Assembly (NCBI GenBank): GCA_964016885.1 | Contig: CAXHJY010000639.1 | Span: forward strand, 1-64,000 | Direction of reading: 5' to 3' | Origin: Eledone cirrhosa | Lineage: Eukaryota | DNA: 64,000 bases | Shown here: piece after piece, positions 36,979 to 50,842 of the stretch | Position numbering within the stretch: position 1 is the stretch's first letter | Layout of the letters: the number at the start of each line of letters is the position of its first letter | Program-made: the position numbers and the translations under genes | Notes under the pieces: generated by a model | What the model was told of the DNA's origin: nothing | Database searches by the model: none | Seen by the model: the letters and a program-made list of their open reading frames with translations, nothing else

Positions 36979-39000
36979 GGTCTCTGATCAGGCCACCTCA
37001 AGGAGTTGTTATCCCCCCTCTCCGCTGAGGCCGGTCGCCGCCTTCTAAGTGCAATTGTGGCGCTCACCAATAGGCTCATCCATGGCACCCGAGGCCTCTT
37101 TTTTTTCGGCTAGCCTCACCGCTCTCAGGAAGAAAGAGGGTGGCATACGCCCCATCGCTGTGGGCAATGTCTTTCGGAGGCTGGCTGCCAAGGTGGTCTG
37201 CAGGCCCATAACACCAGAACTGGGTGAGGAGTTCAGTCCGGTGCAACTGGGTGTCAGCGTGTGAGGGGGCCGCACATGCAACCAGGCAGTTCTTCAACAG
37301 CTGCCCACCGGAACCAGCATCCAGGGACTCCAGGCACCTCATTGTCAAACTTGACATGAGGAATACCTTCAACTGCTTGTGCCGGGACCATCTGCTCGAT
37401 GCCTGCCTACCCGCTGGCCTACCTGTCGTATGGAGCTCCAAGCATGCTCCTTCGGCTACTGGGGTTGAACAGGGCGACCCTTCGGACCCCTCCTGTTTGC
37501 CCTTGGTATAGACCACATCACCCGGAGTATCATGGCCCCTCTCAACGTTTGGTATCTGGATGATGCTACGTTGGGCGGGCCCGTACAGACTGTCTGCCAT
37601 GACCTACAATCAGTGGTTCCTGCCCTGGCGGGAATCGGCCTCCAGGTCAACTCGGCCAAGTCGGAGGTGGTGAATGTCAGCCACGATGCTGAGAGCATTG
37701 CAGCCTCCGTTTCGGACGTGCGGTCCATTCTCCACCAGGTATAGGTCACCGATCCACCCGCTGGCCACCCGCTCCACCATCAGGTCCAGGCTTCAACATT
37801 TCCAGACTCTCACGAGCCGACTGGGCTTGATCGACGGCCACCCAGCTCTCTTTCTGTTGAGGAACTGCTTCGCCATGCCAAAGCTCCTCTATACCCTTCG
37901 CAGCGCTCTGTGCTACTCCCACCCATCTCTCCTCGCTGACCTCGATACTTGTATCCGAGCAGCAGCCAAGGAGATATGCAACGTTAAGTTTGACGACATT
38001 GGATGGCAACAGGCCACTTTAGCTGTCAGGTATGGTGGCCTTGGCCACCAGTCCCTAATCTCGCTGGCTTTGCCAGCGTGTCTTTCATCGGTAACCTCGT
38101 GCCGCGTCCTCATCAACAGGGTTCTTTAAAACAATAGAACCCTCTGTGTTCAGAGAACGTGAGGCCGCCTGTGAGACGTGGGACCAGCTGCGACTTAGCC
38201 CAGTAGACGTCCCTCCTCCTTTTCCCCCTGTTGACGTCAAGTCCCCCCAAAGCACTTGGGATGCCATCCAGTGCAGCCTGGCCTCAGACAGGCTCACACG
38301 CCAGCTCGACCAGCACTGGCTTGCCTGCTTTCGGGCGGCCTCCAAACCCCACAGTGGTGCCTGGCTCAATGCCCTGCCTCCTTCTCCACTGGTACGCAGC
38401 TAGACAACAATAGCCTGTGCATCGGCGTTTCCTTGAGGCTCGGCCTCCGGATCTGCGAGCCACACCAGTGTCGCTGCGGATCCACGAGCCACACCAGTGT
38501 CGCTGCGGATCCACCGTGGACTCTTTCGGCCTCCACCCGCTTTCCTGTCGCCACAGTGCTGCCTTCCATGCCATGCTGCCCTCAACTAGGTCATAAAGCA
38601 CGGCTTGGATGCTGCGAGCTTCCCTTCTCAGCTCGAACCGGTGGGGCTGGTCCGAGGGGATGGCAAAAGGCCAGATGGCATGACCATCTTCCCATTCCGC
38701 GGTGGCAAACCCCTCGTCTGGGATGCTACTCGCACCTACACTTTCTGTTGCACGTCGGGCTGAGGAGGCCAAGCTCCTCAAATACCGGTCACTCTCTGAC
38801 AGGTTTGCGGTGGTACCCCTGTCAGTGGAGACTTCTGGTGTCCTCGGCCCTAGGGCTACCTTTCTACTCACCACCATAGAGTCTGAGCTGGCCAGCCACA
38901 GGTGTGAATCCCGCGAGTTGGAGTGGCTTTTCTGGCGTGTCTTCCTTGCCGTCCACCGGGGGAATGCCTTCTCCATCCTGTGTGTGTGGAGGGGGGGGGG
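36979..39000 (+). mobile_element. CRE-clade non-LTR retrotransposon (RT + restriction-like endonuclease), frameshifted
   Basis: [67 protein letters not shown]. Confidence 0.85.
38456..38514 (+). repeat. 29-bp perfect tandem duplication inside the CRE element
   Basis: cgagccacaccagtgtcgctgcggatcca x2. Confidence 0.95.
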
Positions 39001-39289
39001 GCATCACATAACATTCCATATTTAGGTATCTGTTACAGTGAAGCTGTGTTCATACCTATTGTAGATATGAATTCGGATTTGTAAGCGATTTTTCTTTTTT
39101 TTTTTCTTAAATATCTGGAGTTTGATGTCTATACCTATAAATACAACACCGTTCATCATATATTTGGGTCCCGAAGAGTAATCTACACACACATATAAGC
39201 TAGACAAAGATATTTGAAATACATATTCAATTCTATATATATATATTTACTGACTGTTTATTAAGTTATGAAAATGGCAGAAATAGTTC

Positions 39290-39650
39290 TAATGTAACTA
39301 ATTAGAGAAAGAGTAAAGTTAGACAAGATGCTATTTGGTTTTGTGCCTGCAATGTTAATGTGAAAGAATGGCAAAGCTTGGATGAACTAAGAGAGAAACT
39401 GGGTTTAAGGGGAATCTGAAGTGGTGTGCAAGAGAGAAAATTGTATTGGTATGGACATGTGATACCTATGAGGGATAATCGCTGGATGAAGAAGTGCCAG
39501 GAAATCTCAGTAAAGCAGACCAAGGATTTTCAACTCACTGAAACTCACAGAAGTGATGAAGGAACGCGATGAGTGGAGAGATGATGTGCTAAAAAGGACC
39601 CATCTAACACATGCAAGCATGGAAAAGCATTTGTAAAAATGACAAGGATG
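39290..39650 (+). mobile_element. RTE LINE 3' fragment
   Basis: ..VQERKLYWYGHV..; ends catgcaagcatggaaaa. Confidence 0.75.
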
Positions 39651-40782
39651 ATAAAAGCTATTTTACATCACATCAACAAGCGACTTCATTTATATTTAAT
39701 TACAAAAGTTGAGGGAAAATAGAGAATAATAAGATTCATTGTTATTGCTCTACAATTATGACAGCTGACACATGCCTGGCAAAGATAACACAGCTATTGA
39801 TGTTGTTATCAGATGCTTTATAACATCTTCTATAATTAGAGTCAGAGAATATTATTAGACATATAGTATTGGAAAGGTTAAGAATCAGTAACACTGTTAT
39901 TATCAATATTAATATTGCGGTATCATTGTAGACAGGATCTTCAAATTCACTTGTGTCACATTTCTATTTATTTTAACCCTTTAGCATTTAAACCAGCTGT
40001 ATCTGGCCAGAATTGGCTCACCTTTTTCTGTTCAAACTGGCTGTAACCAGCCACTCATACTGATGTTGAGGTATTGTTCTCAAAATAAATAATATCAAAA
40101 TCTCATAGATTCAATATGTGAGATAGTTATGTAAAGTAAAGCCTTTACCATGAAAATATATAATAGTAAATATAGAGTTATTAAAGGTTAAAGTGTTAAT
40201 TCATTTCTGCAGATCTAAGTAGGCTGGACTGTGAATACAAGATTTGTTTTCTATTGAAGTATAAAGAACTTGTGGTTAAGAGAAATATGACATTGTGAGA
40301 CTTCTCAACTAACTACATAATCTATCTGAAGTCAACACCTCACTCAGACATACACATTTACACACACACACCCTTACACAGTTATGTCACCATCCCATTC
40401 ATATAACACATGACTGATATTGATACAGTACATAGATAACATAGTAAACTAATAAACAAAATCAAATAAGTAACCTATAAACATTCACCAGCAAGATGAT
40501 ATTTCAATCAGAATAAAGAAACACCAGGTCAAATATGAACAGTGCCAATCTTTCTTGAGCTACTCACCAATCCACCTCAAATAATATTTTACAAAGCATC
40601 CGTCACAACATCCATATAGACAAACAAAATACTCAAACTCATTGTGAATTTATGACCCCTATTTCTTTGATTTTATGTAACTTCTGACAATCATGATTAT
40701 ATTTCTATTGAAATGCACTATATTTAAATTAATTAATGAAGAATATTGAGCAATTTACTAAAATGATTATTTCATTACCAAG

Positions 40783-41090
40783 ATCATCATCATCTGAAAT
40801 CGACTCAACAATTGATCTCCACGTTGATCTGTCGTTCATTGTTGTTGCCAAGTCCTGGATTTTAATACCAGAATCTCTGGAGATGACATCGGGATAGGAG
40901 AGCTTGCACCCCCTGTTATTACTGACTGCTTGTGGTTTCCAAAGCACTAGTGGGGACACAGCTTTAGAGGTGGCACGATGGCAGTGGCCAGCAAATCTTA
41001 CTCTCCTTTTACGTACAACGACAGATATGCGTGGAAGGGTGGCATATATTTATTTCAAAGTCAGATGTCACCAGCTTATGTTCTGAATGC
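40783..41090 (-). mobile_element. RTE-like LINE 3' fragment
   Basis: RFAGHCHR..LVLWKP..DRSTWRSIV and (GAT)n tail. Confidence 0.7.
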
Positions 41091-43950
41091 GTCTTAACAA
41101 ATGTTCCCTATATATAAATTATCATCATTTAGCATCCATTTTCAGTACTCAACCAGAGCTACTGACCTCTCAGATAGTCCAGGAAACTGCATGTCGCTCA
41201 CTCAAGTTACAACACTGTACCAGGGGCTCAGGTAGGCTGGGAGCCCACATCTTACATATGTTTCCATATTCTATCAGGTGCATTTTATCATGGCAACAGC
41301 ACTAAGGGAGTTACCATGGCTTTGACACAACTGAAGAGTTTTCTTGGCCCTTTGTTCGGCAAGTTATCTACAGCTGGATGCCCTTCCTAATCAGTTTACA
41401 GAGTGCATTGAGTATATTTATCATGTAAACCACCAGCACTAGTGAAGTTTTGGTTATTGATTCACAGAAGAGCTCTCAATGCTCTATGGGAGGAGGGAGG
41501 GAGGTTATGGCTGATGTGTTAGGATTTTAGGTGGTGGGGTGATCTAGGGTAAAGTGTGGATGTTAGGATGTGCTGACCTCCAGTAGAAGTTCTGTGATTA
41601 TAATAGTTACAGAGGTGGGGTTATAACTAGTGAGTTAGGATTTTGGAGGTGATCTCGATGGAGTGAATCTGGATAGTGTGGATGTTATGGTTTTAGGTGA
41701 GGTTGTTTCTGGATGGGATATGGGTGACAGTATACAGGGGGCATGGAAGGATGGGGGAGGAGGGAGGCCATGTGAATGTGTCAGGTTATATTTTATGCTG
41801 GTAGGCAGGCCTTCATCTGTACCACATCACTACTCCTTGCGGTCCTTTGTTATCTCTGGTGTAAAGTTCAATATTCGAAGGTCAGTCCTTATATAAAATT
41901 ATGTTGGCAGATTATAATTAAATCGGAGTCCTTTAAAATAGGTGGTTTTGCTTCATAGAACTAGAATCGATTTGGTATTAAAAGGGTTAGATGTCGCATT
42001 ATGTTAGCCTGTCATTGAAGTTGCGAAATATAGCAGAAATCAAGGAATATTAGTAAACTTGATTAACAAGTAGTTATTCTTTTACTGGTTTCAGTCTTTG
42101 AACAGCGGCCATGCTGGGGTACCACCTTCAAGGGATTTAGTTAATCGTATTGACCCCAGTACTTATTCTTTTCATTTTTTCAAGTTTGGTACTTATTTTA
42201 TCAACCTCATTTTGTCGAATTGCTTGGTTACAATTCATGAATACAGACATGGATGGACACACATGCACACACACACACACACTCACACACACACACATAT
42301 ATATATATATAAAGCTCCCAGCCCAACCTGTAAAATGGTCATGTTGGAGACACAACAAAAACGCCTAATCCTCATTGTAAAGTGGCCATGTTAGCGATAT
42401 GGCAAAAAAAATGTCTAGTCCACATTGTAAAGTGCTCATTTTGGTGTCACGATAAAAAGCACCCAGTACACACTGTAAATGTGGTTGGCATTAGGAAGGG
42501 CATCTAGCTGTAGAAACTAAACCAGAAATAGTTCTATGTGATCAAGACACAGTCTTCTGATCTGACTTATCTCACAACAGGACAACCCATCCAACCCATG
42601 CTAGCATGGAAAATGGACTTTAAACTATGATGATGATGATGATATGTATAAATATCATCATCATGCATTTGCTTTCTATACTGACATGGGTTGAATGGGT
42701 TGTCATTGTCTGAGACAAGACATGGTTGGATAACTACATCTTGCTCATCTATATATTGGTATGGTCCTACAGTTAGATGCCCATCCTAAGGTCAACCACT
42801 TTACAGAGTATTGGGTACATTTTCCATGGTGCCAGCAGATGAGAGGTTGTCAGTTCATTGACAATAATCCATGCATTCATTGACTGGTAAATATAAAATA
42901 CAAAATGTTTTGGTTTTGTTTTTATTGAACCAATAAATACCAGTAGTAAGAAAAGATCAAAAATGAATCTAAAATAGGTATGTTATTTAATTCTAACCCT
43001 TTGTAGGAAGTTAACAAGTGTGAAACACCCTCGCGTCTCATTCATCAACTACTTAATTTATGTTAATGCTATCTTATTTATTCCAAAGTATCTACAACAA
43101 ATGACAAACTCACCACTTCATATTTGTAAACAATAGTCTTTGTCTACCCTAATTCTAGATTTATTGGGAGCAGAGAACAGCTTTTAGGATTAAAATGTAG
43201 AATCCAGGCAAGGAAAGAATAATTCCAGGTTCTAGACATAGCTTTCATATAGTATTCATGTTGTTACAGCTGAGAGTTGTGTTTATAGAGAATTGATTGA
43301 CTGCTGTGTAATTGAAGTGAAGAATCTGTTTATCAGCCTTTTAAAGCACATTAACACATTTTTAAACAAGGCACATTACTATATTTAACTTTGTGCTATC
43401 CTACTTATTCCAACTAAAAATACTAAAAATAAATATTGCTCCTATTCCGTGGTTGGGTGGATAACATTTGCATGGGCATCCAGGTAAAAAATATATAGCT
43501 TGGCATGCACATATCCAAGTTTGTAAATTTCTCCAACCTATACTAGCATGGGAAAACAAGTATAGTGTTTAAAAAAGAATTTTACTGATTTGAATAACAG
43601 ATATAAGAGAAGGGTAGCATGCTGTTCAATTATATTGAGGCTGACATTCTGTAAGGGAAAACTGTAATGTGAAGCAAGAAGTAAACACTCTTAAGTGAAA
43701 TGAGTTTGTCAGATACTCTGATTCTCGGTCGATGTCATTCTACTCTTGTGTTCTTGAAAAAAGCATGAACATATGTATGGCTTAATTACCTAAATAAAGC
43801 ATGGCTGTATGGTTAAGAAGTTTGCTTTGCAACAAGATGGTTCTAGGTTTGATCATACTGTATCATACTTTGGGCAAGTGTCTTTACCATAACTTTGGTT
43901 TGTCCATTATTTTTTACTGAAATTTGATAGAGGAAACTATGTGGAAGCTC

Positions 43951-44006
<56 letters not shown>

Positions 44007-44149
44007 TAAAGCTGAGTGTCGTGTGTATTATGTATGTATGTTCTTCTGGTTTTATAATTTCACAAAGTTTTACCAAGAGAGAGAGAGTCGGTTTCTAACA
44101 TAGACACAAGACTCTCTCATTGGAATTTACACAACATTAACTAGGTAGA

Positions 44150-45758
44150 TATGCATGTATGCATGCATGTGTAGATATGGTTGTTATTGTATATGTGGAT
44201 GTGGATGTTTTGAGTTGCATGTGTATATGCTTTGTATCTGTACATGTGTATATGCAGTTATTAGATGCAAAATTTTTGGAATGTTTTACATATTTTTACT
44301 GTTCCATTAATGGATTGTACTTGTAATTTCCTAACTAGTTGTGTTCTTTCTGTTCCTGTGAAGCCTAGCTTCTCAAGATTTGTATTAAGGCAGTTACGAA
44401 CATATCCCAGTGCCCCAATAATCACAGGCATAAATCTGAAGGTCTCATCAGTTCTGCATAAATATTCTCCTTTTCACTGCTGGGCAGCTAATTTCCACTA
44501 CTGTGCATGTTTTCTTCTCCCTGTCCCATATCATAATATCTGGTCTGTTATGCTTGCATTTTATTGGGGTTTTTACTGGAACATTCCACCAGTACTCTTT
44601 CATATTATGTACATGGATGTCTTCCACATTGTTGTAGCTTTTAATGTGTTTATTATCGGGGCTATCTTTTTTACGAACTGCATTGTACAGTGTTTTGGCC
44701 ACTACATCATGCCTCATAGGTAGATAGTACCGCGATGACATCTTTGGACAGCTGCTGATGACATAGGTGATATCCTCGATGTTAGTTCTGCAGAGTCTGC
44801 ACTTGTTTTCACATCTAGGTGTTTTGCCTGCATCCCTATCTCTTTTGTGAATCAGGTATTTCATGCTAATCTCCTGTTCCTGGATTGCAAAAGCGTATCC
44901 TTCAAAGTGGGAGCCAATATAGCGGTTGTTGGTCCAAGATAGACTACTTTCCTTATCTATATTACTCTCACTCTGGAGCTTCCTGGCAACATATCCATGC
45001 ATGATTTTTTGCTGATAGGCCTGCAGTTTTTCATCCATGGATTCACTGCGATACTGCTGAGCGACATCCCTGGGTGTGAGTTTTTGATTATCACACATGG
45101 AATATCTCTCAAGGAGTTCCTTCCCAACTCTCATGATCTTATCTGTTTCATGCAGATAGACTTGCTCGAGAAATGGGCTCCTACGCTTCGAGGTTCATAG
45201 ATGTTGTCGGAGAGATATGATGCGACATTCAAATGTTGTCTGGACTGACGTTAGGCCTCTGCCTCCCTGCTTACGTTTCAAGTAAAGGCGGTCTATGTCA
45301 CTGTTGATGTGGAAGTTTCCGGTGTTGTTCAGTATTTTTCGAGTTCCAACATCAACTGCTCGGATTTCATCTATCGTCCAATTGAGTATTCCAAACGTTG
45401 GTGTTAGGACAGGCACAGCAAACATATTGTGAGCCACTGTTTTGTTTTGCGCAGAGAGTTCCGATGACCAAATCTTTCTTAATCGAGTGTAGTATTCCCT
45501 GGTTACGCGTTCTTTATTACAGATACCATTATAGGATATGTTCTCATCTATCCCCAGGTATCTGTAGCAGTCCTCATCAGATATTGGTGAAACAGTTAGG
45601 CCATTGATGACAATGTTGCTAGATTGGGTTGTTGTTTTTCCCCGCTTTACAGTCATGTATGAGCATTTATCTTGGCCAAACTCCATTCCTATATCCTTTG
45701 AGAACGTTGTAACCAGGTCAAGATTTTTCTTTTCTTCATCCCATCCATGTTCTTGGCA
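44150..45758 (-). mobile_element. second Dong/R4-type (restriction-like endonuclease) element, 5'-truncated
   Basis: FGQDKC, YRYLGI, GGRGL, CRLC..SSC..RHD, NRPDIMIWD..EISCP, ending CKTFQKFCI*. Confidence 0.88.
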
Positions 45759-45759
45759 T

Positions 45760-45802
45760 TATGTATGTATGTATGTATGTATGTATGTATGTATGTATGT
45801 AT
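45760..45802. repeat. (TATG)n microsatellite
   Basis: Pure TATG run. Confidence 0.95.
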
Positions 45803-46439
45803 CCTACACACCTCTCTATAGTTTGTTAGCTTTACCTCTCTGTCTCTCTTCTTTCTCTATATGACAACACTCTTTTACTTTCTGTTTTAATTGTATCTCT
45901 CACGGGCCTATCTCTCTCTATTCCCCTCCCTCTGTTTTTCTGTCGTCGCTCGCATAAGTAACACACACACACACACACACACACAAATACTTTCTGTCGT
46001 CGCTCGCGATAAGTAACACACACACACACATAACACACACATAATATAACATCAAAACAAAACAGTCACACACATGCACATGCATACACACAAACACACA
46101 CACACATATCTATACTTTATATGTATGTATGTAAGATCATTCCCCCCTCTCTATAATTTAACTGCTTTACTCTCTCCGTCGCTCTTCACTCTCTATATGA
46201 CAACACTGTTTTAGTTTCCGTATCTCCCTTCAATATATACACACATAGAGAGAGAAAGAGAGAGATTTAGAGAAAGATTAGGAAAACTACACACACACAT
46301 CTACAGAGAGAGACAGAAAAAACAGAGGGAGGGGAAAAAGAGAGAGATAGGCCGTTAGACAGAGAGAGATACAATTAAAGTGTTAGTTATTCAGAGATGT
46401 CGGGCTAACTGAAGGAGCACTGAAATTTTTGCCACGAAT

Positions 46440-46860
46440 TGAAAAGTCAATAGTATTATCCAGGAGACATTGCTTATGAACATCCATCAAAAGCGAGTCG
46501 TGGTGGAGAAAATCTGCTCCCAGGATTGGATATGGCAGGTCAGCTATAACGAATATCCATTTAAAAGTCGTGACGTAAATTTAGATCAAAGAAAGCGAGA
46601 TCTGACCAAAAGTTTGGATGGGTGAATGATTCACTGCCTGCAGGGTGAACTCAGAAGGAATTTTGCAGGCCAAATACTGTAAGAAGCACTAGAATCCACT
46701 AGGAATAGCTTGCGTGATAAAAAGTCTTCCACGAAAAATGCATGATTAGGAAGATATGTACTGGGGACAACTGCAGGATTGACATAAGAACAGGGTTTAA
46801 TACAGTTGTGAGCTTTCTCTGCAAAACGGTCGTGGTACCAGCAAATAGATGAAGAGGCAG
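46440..46860 (-). mobile_element. Gypsy LTR retrotransposon gag-protease remnant
   Basis: Minus frames: ICWYHDRFAEKAHNCIKPC, FLVDSSA (decayed D[ST]G protease), IFVIADLPYPILGADFL. Confidence 0.8.
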
Positions 46861-47689
46861 GAGAAAATGAATGTTTTATCTAAGAATGTGTGACAGCTTA
46901 TTGAAATACTCTGATGTTGGTACTGTCTCTACATTTATTGTATAAAAAAGGTTGCAAATTTTGTCAATGAATGTTATATTATTGATGATGATGATGAGAG
47001 ATATCTATGATGCAGTTATTACTACTTAAAAACCATATTATGATGATCATAATTATTGCAGTTACAAATTGTTGAAATGAGGTCCCTATATCAAGCCAAG
47101 ATCAAAATCCTGTCTGACCTTTTCTATCATTGTCATGCTTGCTACTGTAATATTCAGTAAATGCGCTACAAATTACTTCATTATTATCTTTTCAGTGAAT
47201 TCAATATATTTCAGAAGAGTCAGATAGAATTTTGGCTTCAGTGGCTATGAAAATCTCCTTTTGATAATGAAAAGCCATGGGCATTTTTCCATGCAGTAAA
47301 GAAGTAAATTGTGAAAAGATCAGACAGTCTAGTGAAATGATCAACAAAATTAGTGGTTGGACAATGTTGGATATATTTTTATTCAGTGTTTGTTTTGTTG
47401 ATATTGGCTGATGCCAAGATAATTTCAGTTAATTTCATTTACCAGAGTTAGTCAAGGCATTGGTTTTGTAGAAACAAGAATTACTGTTGAGATACATTTT
47501 ACAGGATTTTTATTGACAAACAGTACAACTAGTTTCCTCAGACTCTGTATTTTTGAAGAAGGGTTATTTCTCACTTTTAGGCTTTGACAGTGTCAAGTTA
47601 GCCCTTTTGGTACCAACCTGCCAGAAACTACCCTGGTTATACAATACAAAGTTGTTTATTTTAAAGTGTTTGTATTGCGTAAGATTCTA

Positions 47690-48690
47690 AAGGTCACCTG
47701 GCGAGATCGGGTTAGTAAGGAAGAGATCCTGTAGAGAGCAGGGTCACATACACTGCAGGAGATCGTCACAAAGCGGTGGCTCTGTTTTGCGGGTTTCATT
47801 CTGTGCTTCCAAGTACAAAACAGCAATTACCTCGACCCCCCCCCCCCCCCCCCCCATGAAGGGCTGCATGTGGCGTTTGTTGACTTGACTAAAAGCATTC
47901 GATACAGTGAGCAGAAAAGGAATGTGGCAGATCACGGAACAGCTGTACCCCAAAGTTCCTGAACATAATCATCCAGCTATATGAAGATCAACGTGACCAA
48001 GTTAGACTCAGCGGTGACCTCTCAGAGCCCTTCCTGATCATCAACAGAGTGAAGCAGAGTTGTGTCCTGGCACCGAATCTCTTCACCATCTTCTTCAGCA
48101 TGATGCTCAAGCAGACCACAGAAGATCTTGATAACGAGGACAGTCTACATCAGATACCATCTTGATGGCAGCCTGTTTAATCTTCATAGGCCCACATAAA
48201 GACCCTGGAGCAACTGATTGGAGACCTCCTCTTTGCTGATGCTGCTGCTCTTGTTGCCCACACAGAAAGAACCTTGCAGCACATCACTTCCTGCTTCACA
48301 GAGGCTGTCCACTCTTTGGGCTGGAAGTAAGCTTAAAGAAGACTGAGGTACTCCATCAGCCTGCACCCCAAGAAGAGTACCGCCTTCCTCATATCACCAT
48401 TGACAAAACTGAACTGAAAACAGTCCATCAGTTCACCTACCTGGAGTGCACCATCACATCAGATGCCAAGATCAACAGGGAAATCAGCAACAGACTGGCA
48501 AAGGTGAACAGTGCATTTGGAAGATCCACAACACCAAGTCATCAAACCCTGACCAGACCTTCAGCTGCAGCCACTGCGGCTGTGTCTGCTTGTCCTGCAT
48601 TGGCCTGAACAGCCACGAATGTGCCTGCAGTCAATGTGGACCACCCCTTTCATAATCTTCGTTTGCGAAGCCAAGCCATGATGATGATGA
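47690..48690 (+). mobile_element. RTE/BovB-like LINE with internal deletions
   Basis: AFVDLTKAFDTVSR, CVLAPNLFTIFFS, LLFAD, FTYL; ends tcttcgtttgcgaagccaagcc(atg)n. Confidence 0.85.
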
Positions 48691-50665
48691 TATGCTCTAA
48701 TAACTTTAGTATAACAACGTAGCTATGCAATAGATATATTAATGATTGAAGCAGATTTGACAGGTCTGACCTATACTAACTTTGGTATTAAATGATTGAC
48801 TTTTTTCTACTTAACATTAAATATTTCAATTTATTTATCATATCAAGTGTATCTGGATTTAGTGGTATGCAACTTGACTGAAGATTTATGCTGTGTTAGA
48901 GAATTATTTTGAAACACCTTGAAAAAATATCATTTTGTCAAAACAATATTGCTTTCTTTTCTTTATGTTTTAATCAGATGAGGAAGGGAGGTACATATGA
49001 CACTTTTGCAGTATCTTTGAGACTGGTGGGGAAAAGTGAGGAATTCATGAGTTATACTCACTCTGGAAACCTGGTCTGAATACTTGCAACAGAGTGGATT
49101 CTGCTGATGGGTCAGATGGTGGTTTTATACTGGTCAATGGATTAGGTGTATCATCACCCCAGACAGAGATAGTCTAATCGACTTCCTCACCATTTCCTCA
49201 TCTATTTCACTCATAAAGCTTTGGTTAACTTGAGACTATGGTAAAGAGTAATGCAATGAAATTGGAACTTCTGGTGTATAGGGATATTTTTTATGAAAAA
49301 AATCATTTTACCATTCATACAGTATTGCATTATAGATGTTTTGTAATTGAACTTATATAGTTTCTGTGTTTCTAACAATGACCTTCATTATCATTAATAT
49401 TTCTCTATACTAACACTGGTTGACCTCTTATATACATCTCTTACAGATGCTGGCACATACAGTCTCTTACTTATAACTTTAGCTTTCAACCAGAAGTCAT
49501 CTGGTGGTGTGCACCCATGGCTTCTTCCAGATGGTGAGTCAGTAGTGATGGCCACTCATTGCCCATTTTCTGACTCCCAGGTGAATTCCTCTCAATTTTT
49601 CTGGGACCAGAGCAGTTTTCTGTAAAGGTCACCAAATGTTTGAGTTGAGTTGTTAATGAGATTATAATTCTTCAAATTTTAACCTAACTTTTATAGACAA
49701 AATATTTGTTAATATTTTCAAATATGTTATTGGTGTGTTCCTTGACTATTATCAGATCTCTTATTCCTGGGTATGTACATAGTACTGAATTGAATTTGAA
49801 CTAGTAACTTTTGTTCTTAAATTAATGCTAGTAATACTCTTATCCGATAGTACCAGCAGCAGCTGCCATTTGACCTTGTAATGGACTGATATCCTGACAA
49901 TGGAGCCATCTTGTACTTTTAGCTGCTTAACACCAAGGAAACCAAGATAAGTTAGAACCTGATGAGACTCTGGGCTAGGGACAGGCTTTTCATAGCTGTT
50001 ATATTTCCCAATTGTTTCCCTCTTTTCTTAAGTTTTGTGCAAGTTGTGATTTCTTTTTGGTTGTATCTAAAATTATCTAGTCTGACATCATCTCCTGTCA
50101 GCTTTTTACTTGACACCCATCAACTTCCAGCTTGCAGCACATTTTCCACTTGTACACATCACTAATCTTCATCATCACATGCCTTATCACACTTGTCTTT
50201 CTTTCCTGCATCTATTATTTCAGATCATATACATTCATTCTATTACGCACACAAACACGCATATATATTTGTGTATATATATCCAGTAGAATATGTTAAA
50301 CTCACTTTCTCTCCTTTTATTTCCCCTGTTTCTTTAACAATCATCCTCCTATTTCATAAAGGTCACTCTTTTCTGATTTATCTCTTTCTAAAATTAACTT
50401 AAAATCTACAATAAAAACACATAGGAACCTTTATGTTATCAACCTGCTAGAAATAACAGACTAATCTTCTCAAATCACATTTTACCATCTTAAAAAAGAA
50501 AAGATATAATGTACTCCTAGATATATAAAAATGACACGATTGCTAAACAATACAATTCTCAACAAGTCATTCTACCAAACCACCATCTACTACAGTTGGT
50601 AGCACATAGAAAAAGATTGTACTGCAGCATTCAACAGACATAAAGAATGCCATTATATTATGGAT

Positions 50666-50842
50666 TTGGCAGTATCGGTAGAGGGTCGAACGCCATGCTT
50701 TGACGCATAGAGTTACGGCCCTTGTCATTCTGAGTTCAAATCCCGCCGAGGTTAATTTTGCCTTTCATCCTTATGGGGTCGATAAAATAAAGTACCAGTA
50801 ATGCACTGGGTAATTGCTGGCCTTGTGCCAAAAGTAGAAACA
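50666..50842 (+). mobile_element. near-full-length tRNA-derived SINE with a 14-bp TSD
   Basis: B box GAGTTCAAATC; direct repeat ATTATATTATGGAT at 50652-50665 and 50843-50856. Confidence 0.9.
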
